From positions 44,330,001-44,394,000 of the forward strand of contig NC_043014.1 in assembly GCF_006345805.1 (NCBI RefSeq): DNA of 64,000 nucleotides, written 5' to 3'. Position 1 is the first letter of the stretch, and the number at the start of each line of letters is the position of its first letter. The stretch is from Octopus sinensis (lineage: Eukaryota). Below, one piece after another: positions 1-13,809 of the stretch. The position numbers and the translations under genes are program-made. A model generated the notes under the pieces. The model ran no database searches. It was not told the DNA's origin and worked only from the letters and a program-made list of their open reading frames with translations.

Positions 1-465
1 TTATATATAATAGAAATATTAAGATTAAAATAACAATAAAATGTCAATGATTAAGTAAATTGCAAAAAACTAATAAAAACGTATTATATATATATATATA
101 TATCGTTTTAATGTTTTATTGTGTTATGTTAACTTGTAAATATATCTTGTGCATTAAATGGACAAGTATATACATGTAATCCATTTATAAACCATATCTG
201 CTCATCACTTGCTGCTTAAATAATTAATGAGCTGTAGGAAACAGGTCCTACATTTCACACCTGGCTTAGTCCTACGTTGAGCTTCGCACAGGCGGCCTTT
301 GTGGTTGTATTACTGATTAGAACAGAGCACAGCTGCAAGCAAACCAGCTAATTAACAAAAAATAAACGCCTCACCTGGAAAATATTTCTATGTGAAGCAA
401 TATAAATTATAGATAAAAGATGATGATGATGATGATGGGGAGGAGGTTGACGAGGAAGAGGATCA

Positions 466-504
<39 letters not shown>

Positions 505-722
505 GCGATAATGGTGGTGATTTCGCATTATACTTGTGTATGGGAGATGAGAACTCCCCTGAGCATAAATGCTGCTGTTCTTGTAATCTGGCAGTTCACT
601 TGCTCGAAACCACCTGTATTTAGGTTTATTCCTGCTGAGCGTTACATGGGACAAAGAATTTAAGGGAAGGAAACTGTTCAGAATCTTGTGTGTGTGTGAG
701 ATCTTTTCGACTTTAATAAGTA

Positions 723-773
<51 letters not shown>

Positions 774-1009
774 GGTGGGGTACAAAACAACAGACGCTCA
801 GGAATAGAAAAAGTCTTTTACGTTTCGAGCCTACGCTCTTCTACAGAAAGGGACACAGAAAAAACAAGGAGAGAAAAAAATGTGTGTAGTGGCTAACGAT
901 CTATCATGGCGTCATATACACCACACACACACACACACACACACATACGCACACACACATATATATATATACATACATATACATATATTATATACATATA
1001 TATACATAC

Positions 1010-1066
<57 letters not shown>

Positions 1067-1073
1067 TATATAC

Positions 1074-1104
<31 letters not shown>

Positions 1105-1139
1105 CATATATATAATATACATACATATATATAGATATA

Positions 1140-1200
<61 letters not shown>

Positions 1201-1266
1201 TATATATATTATATATACATACTATATATACATATATATATATAATATATATACATATAAATATAC

Positions 1267-1308
<42 letters not shown>

Positions 1309-1622
1309 TAATAACCATGGATGCAATTCATGCATATTTTAATGCATCGCTACGCACGTTTCCACAAATCTTACGATCATAGACCGTATTCCTGGGATGA
1401 TTACGGTACAGTCCGTAGCATCCATGGACAATGTGTGGATCATATTCGTGCGTGTATTTGCTCAGGTGATATGGCATTAACGTTGGAAGTAGCGCATGTA
1501 TAAACTGAGAGCCGTTTATCAATTTTGACCAATAAAAAGGTTGATTGGAGTATGTGGGCAGTTTTGCGTGTATTTGGTGGAGAGGAGTACCATGATGGAG
1601 TACAGCGATGGAAAGAGAGAGG

Positions 1623-1657
<35 letters not shown>

Positions 1658-1870
1658 TTGTTTTTTGTTGTTTTCCAGTTTCAGCTCTTGACTGTGGCCA
1701 TGCTGGGGCACCGCCATTGTGGTGAAAGAGTACAGCAGGATCACCACCCCCTGCCGGAGCCTCGTAGAGCTTTAGGTGTTTTCGCTCAATAAACACACAC
1801 AACTCCCTGAGAATCGAAACCGCGATCCTGCGACCGCGATTCCGCTGCCCTAACCACTAGGCCATTGCGC

Positions 1871-1942
<72 letters not shown>

Positions 1943-2001
1943 TATATATATATATATATATATGATATATATTATATATATATATCATATATATATTATA
2001 T

Positions 2002-2050
<49 letters not shown>

Positions 2051-2085
2051 GCGATATATATATAGATATATATATATTATATTAT

Positions 2086-2162
<77 letters not shown>

Positions 2163-2424
2163 ATATATATATGGGTTTCAAATTTTGGCACGATTTTTAT
2201 GCATTTGTTTCGTGCTCACTTACATTACAACCCAACCCCCCCCCCACACTTCTTTTTGTTTTAAACCCTTTCCAAGCAGTTTTAGGAATTTTCGATTTTT
2301 AGTACTTCTCTCACTCGAAAACTATTTCGGATTTTGGAATTCGGTATATAAATTAATATAAGCAGCTAGGCGCAGTGTGATTCTATAAAGGAAAAATTAA
2401 ATTGTCACTAAGAGGTGATATATA

Positions 2425-2819
2425 TCTTTATATATAAAAGAGAAGTTGTGTGTCTGTCTCTTACGATTTAGATTCCTAACTACTCCCACATTTTGCGGTT
2501 CAGTTTAACCAAAACCGGGTATCTTATAGTCGTGATTCATATCGAGCCCTTCTGGGTATAAGCGCGCGTCTACGATGAGTCTCGATTTAAAAAAATTTAC
2601 CATCATTTTTTTCCCTTTTAATGCATTTTTTCGCATTATATAAGGGAAGTAACTCTCTAAAATGTTCTACGATGAGTCAACGATTTTTTAAAAAAATTAC
2701 CATAATTTTTTTTCCATTTTTAATGCATTTTTTTGCTATTTTTTTGGCTATAACTCTCTAAAAATGCTTATATAGTTATTTCCCTTACAAACCCGAGCAA
2801 CGCCGGGCGATACTGCTAA
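2425..2819 (+). mobile_element. Non-autonomous Helitron
   Basis: Starts A|TC, has a subterminal GC hairpin cccgagcaacgccggg at 2792-2807, and ends CTAA|T (CTRR); inserted between A and T with no TSD. Confidence 0.7.
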
Positions 2820-2893
2820 TATATATATATATATATGTATATTTCTTTACTACCCACAAGTGGCTAAAATATATATATATATATATATATATA

Positions 2894-3169
2894 TCACCGT
2901 GACCGACCAAGTCATCTGGTCATAATGCGCTTCGCATTGTTTTAGCATTCAAAAGACGCCACCCCGCTGGCTAAGCGAGCAGGCTAACAGAAGAAAGAGT
3001 GAGAGAAAGTTGTGGCGAAAGAGTACAGCAGGGATCACCACGCCCTGACGGAGGCTCGTGGAGCTTCAGGTGTTTTCGCTCAATAAACACTCACAACGCC
3101 TGGTCTGGGAATCGAAACCGCGATCCTACGACCGCGAGTCCGCTGCCCTAACCACTGGGCCATTGCACC
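2894..3169 (-). mobile_element. tRNA-derived SINE, family C (second copy at ~1720-1871)
   Basis: Minus-strand head ggtgcaatggcccagtggttagggcagcg…ggtttcgattccc with A/B boxes; two similar copies. Confidence 0.75.
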
Positions 3170-3208
3170 TCCACACGCACACACACCACCACACACACAA
3201 TCACACAC

Positions 3209-3241
<33 letters not shown>

Positions 3242-3639
3242 ATCTATCTATATAATATATATATATTACATGCGCACGCGCACTCACACACACACACGCA
3301 CACACAAGATAGATAGATAGTGTGTTTGGCTAAAAGCACATGAAAACTGTCCCAGTGTGACCACCACTGTCTAATAACCGAAGTTGCTGCTACTGCTACT
3401 ACTTAAGGTGTTTTTAGCCCTAGGTCATTTCTAATCATACTCACCTATGATCATAGCAATGACAACCTTGCTTTATTTGTTTCTCTTCTTCCATTCGCAA
3501 TGTAATCAAGGTATATAACATCCCATGTAATCTTCAACATCTTTTAAGCGAGGGTGGGTGGGATATAATCATAGAAAGATTTAGCTGCTATTTCTAGCTA
3601 GTCGAACGACCAGGTAGTGGCATCCACCCTGGTTTGTAA

Positions 3640-3873
3640 GGCGGCGAGCTGGCAGAAGCGTTAGCGCGCCGGGCGAAATGCTTAACGGTATTTCGTCTGC
3701 CGTTACGCTCTGAGTTCAAATTCCGCCGAGGTCGACTTTGCCTTTCATCCTTTCGGGGTCGATAAATTAAGTACCAGTTATGCACTGGGGTCGATGTAAT
3801 CGACTTAATCCGTTTGTCTGTCCTTGTTTGTCCCCTCTGTGTTTAGCCCCTTGTGGGTAGTAAAGAAATAGGT
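3640..3873 (+). mobile_element. tRNA-derived SINE, family B (probably OR-type)
   Basis: ggcggcgagctggcagaa…gagttcaaattccgccgaggtcgactttgcctttcatcc. Other copies at ~5385-5610(-), 10935-11377(+, partial tandem duplication), 33075-33430(-) and 55838-56070(+); decayed copies at ~19290-20060 and 26405-26600. Confidence 0.85.
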
Positions 3874-3910
3874 TTGTATTTCCCGGATGTACTGACGTCA
3901 TTGCCGTTAA

Positions 3911-3941
<31 letters not shown>

Positions 3942-4171
3942 ACTGTAGATATTGTTGATATTCCTGATTTTCTTGCCCTCCTTCTTACCCTCTGTATATT
4001 AGACCACTTTGAACAATACACCTTTTATTCGTTTCATTTAAAGTCGATAAAGTGTTATCTGAGGGAGAGGGCTTGGCGCTATTTCAAGCGATCGCGTACA
4101 GGCCTGTAGAACGACCGTAGCGAAAGTTGTTGGCATCGATAAGCTGAAGGCGACGGTGGTGGAGGTCCTAA

Positions 4172-4246
4172 ATACTGCTGGTGTTGGTGTTGTCGCTGTC
4201 TGTCGCCGGAACTGGCTGTCTGTCGCTGCGTGCTCTGTGGTCAAAG
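4172..4246 (+). other. Candidate upstream exon end (…LRALWSK|gttagt), phase 0, no in-frame ATG
   Basis: Good donor AAG|gttagt in a locally GC/CpG-rich stretch. It is phase-compatible with the 4669 exon, but an in-frame TAA lies just upstream. Confidence 0.35.
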
Positions 4247-4295
4247 GTTAGTCCTTAGAAGGACTAGAACCGAAGACGCTCGATTCCATGAATTG

Positions 4296-4460
4296 ATGTG
4301 TTTTATAGCAAATTATAGGCTCCAGCAGAGAATTGAGAAGACTGTATCAGAAGGTTGCGATAGGTTGGATTGCACAGTGGCGCGTAATACAGCAAGAAAC
4401 AAATCGCACCGATACCATCCAATCAGAGTAGTGGAAATAACAGGGCCCAATCGGCCGAAG
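4296..4460 (+). other. Alternative candidate first coding exon (ATG 4296 … GPNRPK|gttagc)
   Basis: 55 open codons ending in a phase-0 AAG|gttag donor; no recognisable homology. Confidence 0.2.
4419..4454 (+). promoter_or_regulatory. Two CCAAT-box-like motifs (CCAATCAG, CCAATCGG)
   Basis: Matches to the NF-Y consensus 28 bp apart, in the CpG-rich region ~200 bp upstream of the first secure coding exon. Confidence 0.25.
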
Positions 4461-4668
4461 GTTAGCTGTTATCTGCTACGTCCGTATTTATGTTATATAT
4501 GTCAGAGAGAGGGGATGAATTTCACTAAGGGTATGCTACAGGCCTCTCTCAACTAAAAATTTGTTTTTGGTCTGTATCGATTGTCTATGTGTGCGCAATT
4601 CATTACAAACAAACGTAACCGAAGTCAGAAAAAATATCTAACAATCACTTTATTTCTTATGATTTCAG

Positions 4669-4799
4669 GTGCTCTCAAAATACGATACCAGTGCCGAACA
4701 AGAGGTTCGGGATTGGGTTAAACAGCTGGTGGATGAGGATATTGGAGGCGGCCCATATGAAGTCGAAAAACAGCTTAAAAGTGGCGTTACCCTCGTCAA
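4669..4799 (+). CDS. Calponin-like constitutive exon, CH domain N-terminal part (VLSKYDTSAEQEVRDWVKQLVDEDIGGGPYEVEKQLKSGVTLVK)
   Basis: Acceptor tttcag|GTG, donor AA|gtaagt; 131 nt, ends in phase 2. The KYD...EVRDW...LKSGVTL pattern is typical of calponin/transgelin CH domains. Confidence 0.92.
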
Positions 4800-5708
4800 G
4801 TAAGTAATATTAATTTTCAGTCATCAACATACACTACACGTGCACTCATGAGTGGTCTGACCGCGCCATGCTGGGGCATCCCTTTCAATGGTTTGTCGAA
4901 CAAATTTACTCTCTTTCACTCTTTTATTCTTTTACTTGTTTCACTCACAAGGCTTTGGTCGGCCCGAGGCTATAGTAAAAGACACTTGCCTAAGGTGCCA
5001 CGCAGTGGGACTGAACTCGGAACCATGTGGTCGGTAAGCAAGCTACTTACCACACAGCCACTCCTGCACCTATGGTACTTATTTATTTAATTTTTCTGTA
5101 AGTCTCGGTACTCATTCTATTGGTTTCTTAGGCCGAACCGGTGAGTTACGGGGACATGAACATACCAACACCGGTTGTAAAGAGGTAATAAGGTGAACAA
5201 ACAAGATCACAAAGATACTTGCGCGAGCGCATGCATATATATGTGGGTGTGTTACAATCTTCTACACAGTCATCGTCTACCAAATTCTCAAGGCCCTTGT
5301 GAAGGCACTTGCCCAAGGTGCTGCACAGTGGAACTGAACCTGAAATCATAGTTGCGTGGTTAAGAACCACACAACCATATATTTCTTTACTGCCCACAAG
5401 GGGCTAAACATAGAGGGGACAAACAAGGACAGACATAGGTATTAAGTCAATTACATCGACCCCAGTGCGTAACTGGTACTTAATTTATCGACCCCGAAAG
5501 GATGAAAGGCAAAGTCGACCTCGGTGGAATTTGAACTGAGAACGTAACAGCAGACGAAATACCGCTAAGCATTTCGTCCGGCGTGCTAACGGTTCTGCCA
5601 GCTCGCTGCCTGAACCACACAACCATACCTGTACCAATAAGCGGTGCCAGTGCATAAACGCACACACGCGCGCGCGAACGGACACACGCACGCACGCACA
5701 CACATACA

Positions 5709-5751
<43 letters not shown>

Positions 5752-6577
5752 GCTTGAATTCTCCGTGCGTAAAACAAGGGCCTCCTAACGAAACGTTAAA
5801 ACGTGATATAATCAAGATGACCTTTAGAAGAGAAGCCATCGGTAGACAACTCGCTTGGATATTTACTACTTCCGAGGATCCGCTCGCTATGAAACGTATG
5901 CAGCCAGGACTTCTTTCTACTACATTCCTTTACTCTTGAATGTGTGTGTGCGTGCGTGTGTGCATGTGTGTGCGTGTGGTGTGCGCGTGTGCGTGGTGTG
6001 TGCGCGTGTGTGGTGTGTGTGTGTGTGTGTGTGTGTGTGTTGATCATTCTTATACTACCAAGTAGAATATGCTCGCTGATAAGGTCCAATAATACTGAAA
6101 TATGTTGTTGCTTACACCAGATGGCTTTAATAACAAGATCCACTCCAGCTCTGGGTGGATTTCTGTCAGTTTATATAGTACATACTACATGCATATATAT
6201 ATATAATATAATATATATATATATAATATATATATATATATAATATATATATAAAAGACTTGTCCTATTTCTATTCCTGAGCGCCATACTAATATATTTG
6301 TTTGTTTGTACTCACCTGCCTTCGTCTTTTGTTTATTCGTAAACTTTCCCGTTATATATATATATAATATATATATATATATTAGAAATTAGAAAATAAA
6401 ACACTATTATTCAACTCAAACAGTGATAGACATAAACTATAACATAAATAACAAATATATATTTTTATAAAACATATAACTAGATCTCAAAAAGTATAAA
6501 AATGAATGATCAATATATATTGATCATTCATTTAATTATGACCCTAGTATCGATCTATTGCATTTCAATCTATTTTC

Positions 6578-6645
6578 GGGTTAGGGTTAGAGTTAGGGTT
6601 AGTTAGGGTTACTTAGGGTTAGTTAGGGTTAGTTAGGGTTAGGGG
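6578..6645 (+). repeat. Interstitial telomere-like array (TTAGGG/TTAG variants)
   Basis: gggttagggttagagttagggttagttagggtt…. Confidence 0.8.
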
Positions 6646-7216
6646 TGGGAGGAAGGGTATCTTTTTTTCTTCACAAATGTAAATAAACCCAATCTGTTTC
6701 TTAAACGAGGGACCATTTTCATATGGCACAGAATGTTTTCACCTCAATAGACGTCATTGATTGTTTGAAACTGCAGAAATTGAAGAAAAAAAAACAACAA
6801 ATATCTTACAAACTATAGAATTTTCTCAATAAAGCCAAGAGACAAAGATGTTTTATAAACACATTCTACCAGTATACGAAGTTTCAAAGTGTTTAGTCAC
6901 GTGGAAATTATTTTTAAAAAACTGCCGCTCAAACCGAAAAGATCCGTACTCTGTTTCGGAAGGATTTTCGTCCTAAATTTGCCTCGTTACGGTTGAGCTG
7001 AATTTTCGCTATAACATCGTCGCGCGTTTGGACTTAACTCACTTAGCTAACGTTAGCAGAAGGGAAGTAACTCTAACATGACTATCGATAAAGTTATATA
7101 GAATTCCCTTTCTTGACATATTTTTTTTCATTAACTCTCAGGGACTTTTCTTTTCTTTACGAGTGTAATGTTAATTGCGTGACCTTTTTGTCTATTTTAT
7201 TTTATATTCCTTTGCT

Positions 7217-7630
7217 TAGGAGTGGCTGTGTGGTAAGTAGCTTGTTTACCAACCACATGGTTCCGGGTTCAGTCCCACTGCGTGGCATCTTGGCAAGTGT
7301 CTTCTGCTATAGCCCCGGGCCGACCAATGCCTTGTGAGTGTGATTTGGTAGACGGAAACTGAAAGAAGCCGTCGTTATATGTATAGATATATTATAAGTG
7401 TGTGTGTATATGTTTGTGTGTCTGTGTTTGTCCCCCTAGCATTGCTTGACAAACCGATGCTGGTGTGTCTACGTCCCCGCCACTTAGCGGTTCGGCAAAA
7501 GAGACCGATAGAATAAGTACTGGGCTTACAAAGAATAAGTTCCGGGGTCGATTTGATCGACTAAAGGCGGTGCTCCAGCATGGCCGCAGTCAAATGACTG
7601 AAACAAGTAAAAGAGTAAAAGAGTAAAGAG
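7217..7630 (+). mobile_element. tRNA-derived SINE, family A (probably OK-type)
   Basis: Head ggagtggctgtgtggtaag…ggttcagtccc (A/B boxes), CORE-like ttggcaagtgtcttc, tail gtaaaagagtaaaaga. Further copies at ~4850-5070(-), 9830-10235(-), 27848-28250(+), 32127-32550(+), 39775-40152(-), 41380-41715(-) and 53062-53470(+). Confidence 0.85.
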
Positions 7631-7665
7631 TAATAAAATTCTAAATAATTTCTACTCATTTTCAG

Positions 7666-7768
7666 ACTGGCAGAAAAAGTTATTGGCGGTACCCCAGATG
7701 ATCATCTTCCACCAGATGCAAAGACTTGTACCCTCAAGACAAATGCATCCGCTACACCTTTCAAACAG
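7666..7768 (+). CDS. Calponin-like constitutive exon, CH domain middle (LAEKVIGGTPDDHLPPDAKTCTLKTNASATPFKQ)
   Basis: Acceptor ttttcag|A, donor CAG|gttagt; 103 nt; completes the split codon AA+A and ends in the conserved PFKQ motif. Confidence 0.92.
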
Positions 7769-9232
7769 GTTAGTATAGACATTTATTTGTCTGGTTGGTT
7801 GTTTGGATTTTCGTATGCACATACATAGAGTGACATTTGTATAAATATGTGTGTGTAAGTGTGTGTATGTGTGTATACATATACATTTAGATATATTTAT
7901 ATGTATGTATGTGTATGTATGGGTATGTGAAAATAACCTCGCTAAGATAAGTATTTATTTATATTTAAGATCTTTGAATTGTAAATTATAATATTTTATA
8001 AGTCTTTGGTGTAATAATATTTTCCTTATGTAAATATCGTTGTTTATGTAATGATCTAATTATCGTAATTTTCTATATTATTAGATATTAAATTTAAGTT
8101 TATTCGTAAGATATTACTTAGCGATAGATTTGTTGTTCGATAGCAAGTATACGAGATGTCTAAAGTTAGACTTTTGTATATACATGTATTAATAGTATTA
8201 ATTGTAGTTTTAAATTTCTTATAATTAAAATTAGATAAACTTTGATATACTTAGATATGTTTCGACTAAAGATTGGTCCAGGCCTTGTCTAACTTAATAG
8301 CATAACTTAGTTATTGTCTCTTTAAATTGATATTCGCTAGTTATTCCCATTGATAATTATATTTATAGTATTTATAGTATTTATTCGATACTATATAACT
8401 ACGAATTGATTATTTCTATAAGTATTTTAAATAAGATTTCCGAAAGTTCGTTTAAGTTTGTTTGTTTGTATTTTTGAAATTAGCTATTTCATCTTTAAAT
8501 ATGAAAAATTAATTTATTAAGTTTTTTATTATATGTGCATATATATTTATTTATAGAGATTATTTTAGATCTTAATTATAATATTTATATACATTTATAT
8601 ATTTTCATTGATAATTTATTTATAATAGTCATTTTTTTTTGGAATATTTATGTAATTAGATATAGACTATTACCGATATTAGATTATTGGTGGGTTTCCT
8701 ACCTTATAAATTAAAATTAATATTTAACATTATAATCGATTTTGATATAATCATAATTGTTAAGTTTTAAGTTTCTAGTTTATTATAAGTAAAATTATTA
8801 TATTTTTATATCTTAAAAATATTGTTTAAATATTTCTGATTATTTTTAAAATATTTCAATTAACCTGAAGATTGACTGTAACCATAACTCGAATTATTAA
8901 TTGAATTTAAATTATTGTTATTCGAATTGGTACAGCCATGAAACGATCGTAGTGTTTTACTCTTTATCTTTTATTAAACTTTTAATACTTTTGATATAAA
9001 AAAAATTAATTAATTAATTAATTAATTAATTAATTAATAAAATAATATATAAATTAAAAATATACATACATATATATATATATATTTGTATATATATATA
9101 AAATTTATAAATTAAATTATTTAAATAATTTTTTATTTTTAACTTTTATATTTTTAAATTAATTTTATGTATTGGCTAATGTTTTTCACTGTTTGATTTG
9201 CCTAACAGTGTTTTATCTCTAATTTAATATAA

Positions 9233-9263
<31 letters not shown>

Positions 9264-9292
9264 GTTCTGTTGTGTGTTGTATATGTGATAGC

Positions 9293-9328
<36 letters not shown>

Positions 9329-9347
9329 GATAGACTAGATGACAGAC

Positions 9348-9456
<109 letters not shown>

Positions 9457-9630
9457 CAGATTGCTGGATAGATGTAGTAGAAGTAGTATGAGATTAAAGT
9501 AGTCATCTATGTATCATACTAAATGTAAATACTTTGTTGAAAGGCAATATAAATTCTATGAACATTATTTATAAGACTTGTTTGTACACTTTTTACTCAA
9601 CCTTTATCACTTTTCTTTTTCAACATTCAG

Positions 9631-9768
9631 ATGGAAAACATTGAGACCTTCTTGAGAGCTTGCAAAGCTTATGGGGTGCCTGACAACAGCTGTTTCCAAA
9701 CCGTTGATCTGTTTGAAGGTCGTAACATGGCAATGGTGATTGCAACACTTTTGCAGTTAGGTACCGAG
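9631..9768 (+). CDS. Calponin-like constitutive exon, CH domain C-terminal part (MENIETFLRACKAYGVPDNSCFQTVDLFEGRNMAMVIATLLQLGTE)
   Basis: Acceptor cattcag|ATG, donor GAG|gtaagt; 138 nt, phase 0/0. MENI..FL.A..YGV...FQTVDLFE is the hallmark transgelin/calponin motif. Confidence 0.96.
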
Positions 9769-9829
9769 GTAAGTAGTTTCCATTTCAATCCAAAAGTGTA
9801 CTTGAATGTTCCAATGTATAGAGATTATT

Positions 9830-10235
9830 CTTTTATTCTTTTATTTGTTTCAGTCATTTGACTGCGGCCATGCTGGAGCACCGCTTTTAGTCGAGCAAAT
9901 CGACCCCGGGACTTATTCTTTGTAAGCCCAGTACTTATTCTATCGGTCTCTTTTGCCGAACTGCTAAGTGACGGGGACGTAAACACACCAGCATCGGTTG
10001 TCAGCAATGCTAGGGGGAACAAACACAGACCACAAACCACACACACACATATATATATAATAATACATATATACGACAGGCTTCTTTCAGTTTCCATCTA
10101 CCAATCCACTCACAGGCATTGGTCAGCCCGGGGCTATAGCAGAAGACAGTTGCCGCAAGATGCCACGCAGTGGGACTGAACCCGGAACCATGTGGTTGGT
10201 AAGCAAGCTACTTACCACACAGCCACTCCTGCGCC
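9830..10235 (-). mobile_element. SINE family A copy, 60 bp downstream of the last constitutive donor
   Basis: Reverse-complement match to 7217-7630. Confidence 0.85.
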
Positions 10236-10401
10236 TATAGAGATTAATGTGTTGAAGTTCCCAGTGGTATGAGAGTATGTGCTGTCACAGTGCATCACTA
10301 CATCCATTATTTGTGGGTGATTCCCTACCACTCCTGGCAGACAACCCCCACCACCGGACAAAACCCCTGTGACTTTATTACCTTGACTTTTTTACCTGGA
10401 T

Positions 10402-10450
<49 letters not shown>

Positions 10451-11654
10451 TACACGCACACACAATGGGTGATTCCTCTGTTCAGCTGCACTAATAGAGG
10501 AAGTGTGTTCAATTTATCCAAGTTGACAGATGATAGGGATTAACGATTATACTTAATATCTATAGGATATTAGATATGTAAGGCTACAACCCTCCAGTTC
10601 TTGGGTCTGTTTTTGATAGTCATTGCTAGCAAAGGTTTTACAAAGTCAGAATGCAAATCCTACCTCAACCTCTTTTAATCGCCTTTTACAACACACAGAT
10701 GAAATATTGGATTTGTTCTTTGTCTAGCTGGTCCTCACACAGCACAGTGTGTTGATAGACAGCAAATAAAAACAGAGCAAAAATGATAAAACCACAGACA
10801 AATACATACATAAAACTACATGAGATTAGTTGCATAACCCATGGTGCCTCTGGAGCACCACTTGATAATTTTGTTTTATCGAAATGTACTTCAATGCTTA
10901 GTGAAGGTGCATGGCTTAGTGGTTAGGATGCTAGGCAGCGAGCTGGCAGAATCGTTAGCACGCCAGGCGAAATGCTTAGCGGTATTTCATCTGCCGTTAC
11001 GTTCTGAGTTCAAATTCTGCCGAGGTCGACTTTGCTTTTCATCCTTTCGGGGTCGATAAATTGAGTACCAGTTACGCACTGGGGTTGGTGTAATTGACTT
11101 AATACCTATGCCTGTCCTTGTTTGTCCCCTCTATGTTTAGCCCCTTGTGGGTAATAAAGAAATAGGTATTTCGTTTGCCGTTACATTGTGAGCTCAAATT
11201 CCACCGAGGTCGACTTTGCCTTTCATCATTTCAGGGTCGATAAATTAAGTACCAGTTACGCACTGGGGTTGGTGTAATTGACTTAATACCTATGCCTGTC
11301 CTTGTTTGTCCCCTCTATGTTTAGCCCGTTGTGGGTAGTAAAGAAATAGGTATTTCGTCTGCCGTTACGTTCTGAGTTATATATTTCTTCCCATATGTTT
11401 CACTAACAATTTATTATCATTTATTATAAAGCTAATCCATTTGTATTATGTTACTGCTTGCTTTTGGCTGCCATAATCTTTTATATAAACAAAACTGATC
11501 AATAGGCCTGCTTGAAAAAAGAAACAAAAAAAGGAAAAACCAAAATATATATATATAAGAGAGAAAGAAAGAAAGAAAATATTTCCAAAATGGATTTGGC
11601 TTCTTTCAGTAATTTACTATCCAAACCCCTGCTTAAAGAATATTCTCTTTCATG

Positions 11655-11706
<52 letters not shown>

Positions 11707-12469
11707 GTTATTATTATTATTATTACCTCTGGTACAAATACATCCTTCAGTCAATAAAACACTATCTCTTTATCACTTCAGTAAAAATAGATATCTGCTA
11801 TATTCTGAGATACATTCAGATTTTCACTTACTTAAACAGTTGGCCCAGTTTTAATTATATATGGGCATGGCTGTGTGGTTAGGGAGCTTGCTTCCTAGCT
11901 ACATGGTTTCAGGTTCAGTCCCACTGCATGGCACTTTGGGCAGGTGTCTTGCACTATAGCCCCGAGCCGACCGAAGCTTTGTAATTGAATTCGGTAGGCG
12001 GAAGTTACTGCCGTGTATGTATATGTACGTGTAGGTGCTTGTGCCTCTCTGAAAGAGAGAGAGGGATATGTAACAATGTATGTGTGTGTTTGTGTGTGTA
12101 TGTGTATACACACGCTGGTTAGGCTGTTGGACTCACAATCACTAGATTGTGGGTTCAATTCCCAGGTTAGGCAGCACTTCATTTCAAATTGCTCCAGTGC
12201 CCCCTTTCAATCAGTAGAGAAAGTTGATCTGCTTGCCTAGCCGGAGGGGTGGCATCATTCAAAGGCTAAAATGATGCAAAGTGCATTGTGACCACCGATG
12301 TGTAACGGAATCTGACAGCCTAGTCAGTCACATGATCACACAATACACACACACACACACACATACGCACGCGCACACACACACACACATGCAAAATATA
12401 AGTCCTAGTGTGCACAATACTCCTGAAGGTCAGCAATGGTCTTCTTTGGTCACAAGTGGACAGCCATCA

Positions 12470-12648
12470 TGTGTGTGTGTGTATGTGTATATATGTATGT
12501 ATATATGTGTGTGTGTGTATATATATATGTATGTATATATATGTGTGTGTGTGTGTGTGTATGTATATATATGTATATATGTATATGTGTATATAGATAT
12601 ATATGTATATATGTATATATATATGTGTGTATATATGTATATATATAG

Positions 12649-12680
<32 letters not shown>

Positions 12681-12740
12681 GTGTATATATATATATATAT
12701 TATATATGTATGTATTAATATGTATATATATATATGTATA

Positions 12741-12773
<33 letters not shown>

Positions 12774-12786
12774 ATGTATATATATA

Positions 12787-12819
<33 letters not shown>

Positions 12820-12877
12820 GTATATGTATATGTATATATATATATATATGTATGTGTATATATATATATATATATAT

Positions 12878-12920
<43 letters not shown>

Positions 12921-13200
12921 ATATATGTATATTATATATATATATGTATATATATATGTATTATATATATATGTATATATATATAATATATATTATATAT
13001 ATATAATGTATATATAGATATATATGTATGTATATATATATATATGTATATATATATGTATATGTATATGTATATATATATATAGTATGTATATATATGT
13101 ATATATATATATATGTATATGTATATATATGTATGTATATATATGTATATATATAGTGTGTGTGTGTGTGTGTGTGTGTATGTATGCATATATATATATA
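12470..13200. repeat. Large compound (TA)/(TG)/(TATG) microsatellite; comparable arrays at ~915-1310, 1873-2172, 9290-9455, 18750-18915, 24060-24550, 46565-46795 and 54130-54400
   Basis: Direct inspection; these arrays explain most short ORFs in the track. Confidence 0.95.
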
Positions 13201-13764
13201 CACTCAAGAAAATGATACCAGAATGACCATTGAATATAATTCAAATGACAGGTGGACACTGTGGAATAGAGGTAAGCTCCAAGCAACCCAGATGTAAGAC
13301 CAAGTTTTGATTTCTAACTGTAGCCATTTTATACTGCTTACACTGCCAATTGTCTTGAGAAAGGCATCAATGTTACCCTTTTTTCTGCTCCCTACTCCAC
13401 TTGCTTCCATCCACTTAGAAGTGCATAAAGAAAAAGAATAAAGAAAAAAATTAATAAATAAATAAATAAAAGAAGCATCCAAATATCTCCATTTTTTGAT
13501 TGAAAGCTGACATTGAATGATTTACTGGAGGTGAGAATTCCATAGCACAAAACAGAAAGCCTGCCTCTTACCATTCACAAAAAGGACAAGTAGCAGAGTA
13601 TAGCATCCACGACTCTACTGGTGGAACTTCATAGGAAACATGAAAAAAAAAATGATATCTAGGGCCCAGGTGTTTAAATTAAATACAGCTAATATATTTA
13701 ACTCATGGAAGGCTGTCAACTGGTTTGATAAACCCTATGGTACCATGCTCCCCATCATCATAAA

Positions 13765-13809
<45 letters not shown>

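Noticed and set aside
1-4668. SRF CArG boxes expected for a muscle calponin promoter
   Set aside because: No canonical CC(A/T)6GG noticed upstream of the first secure exon.
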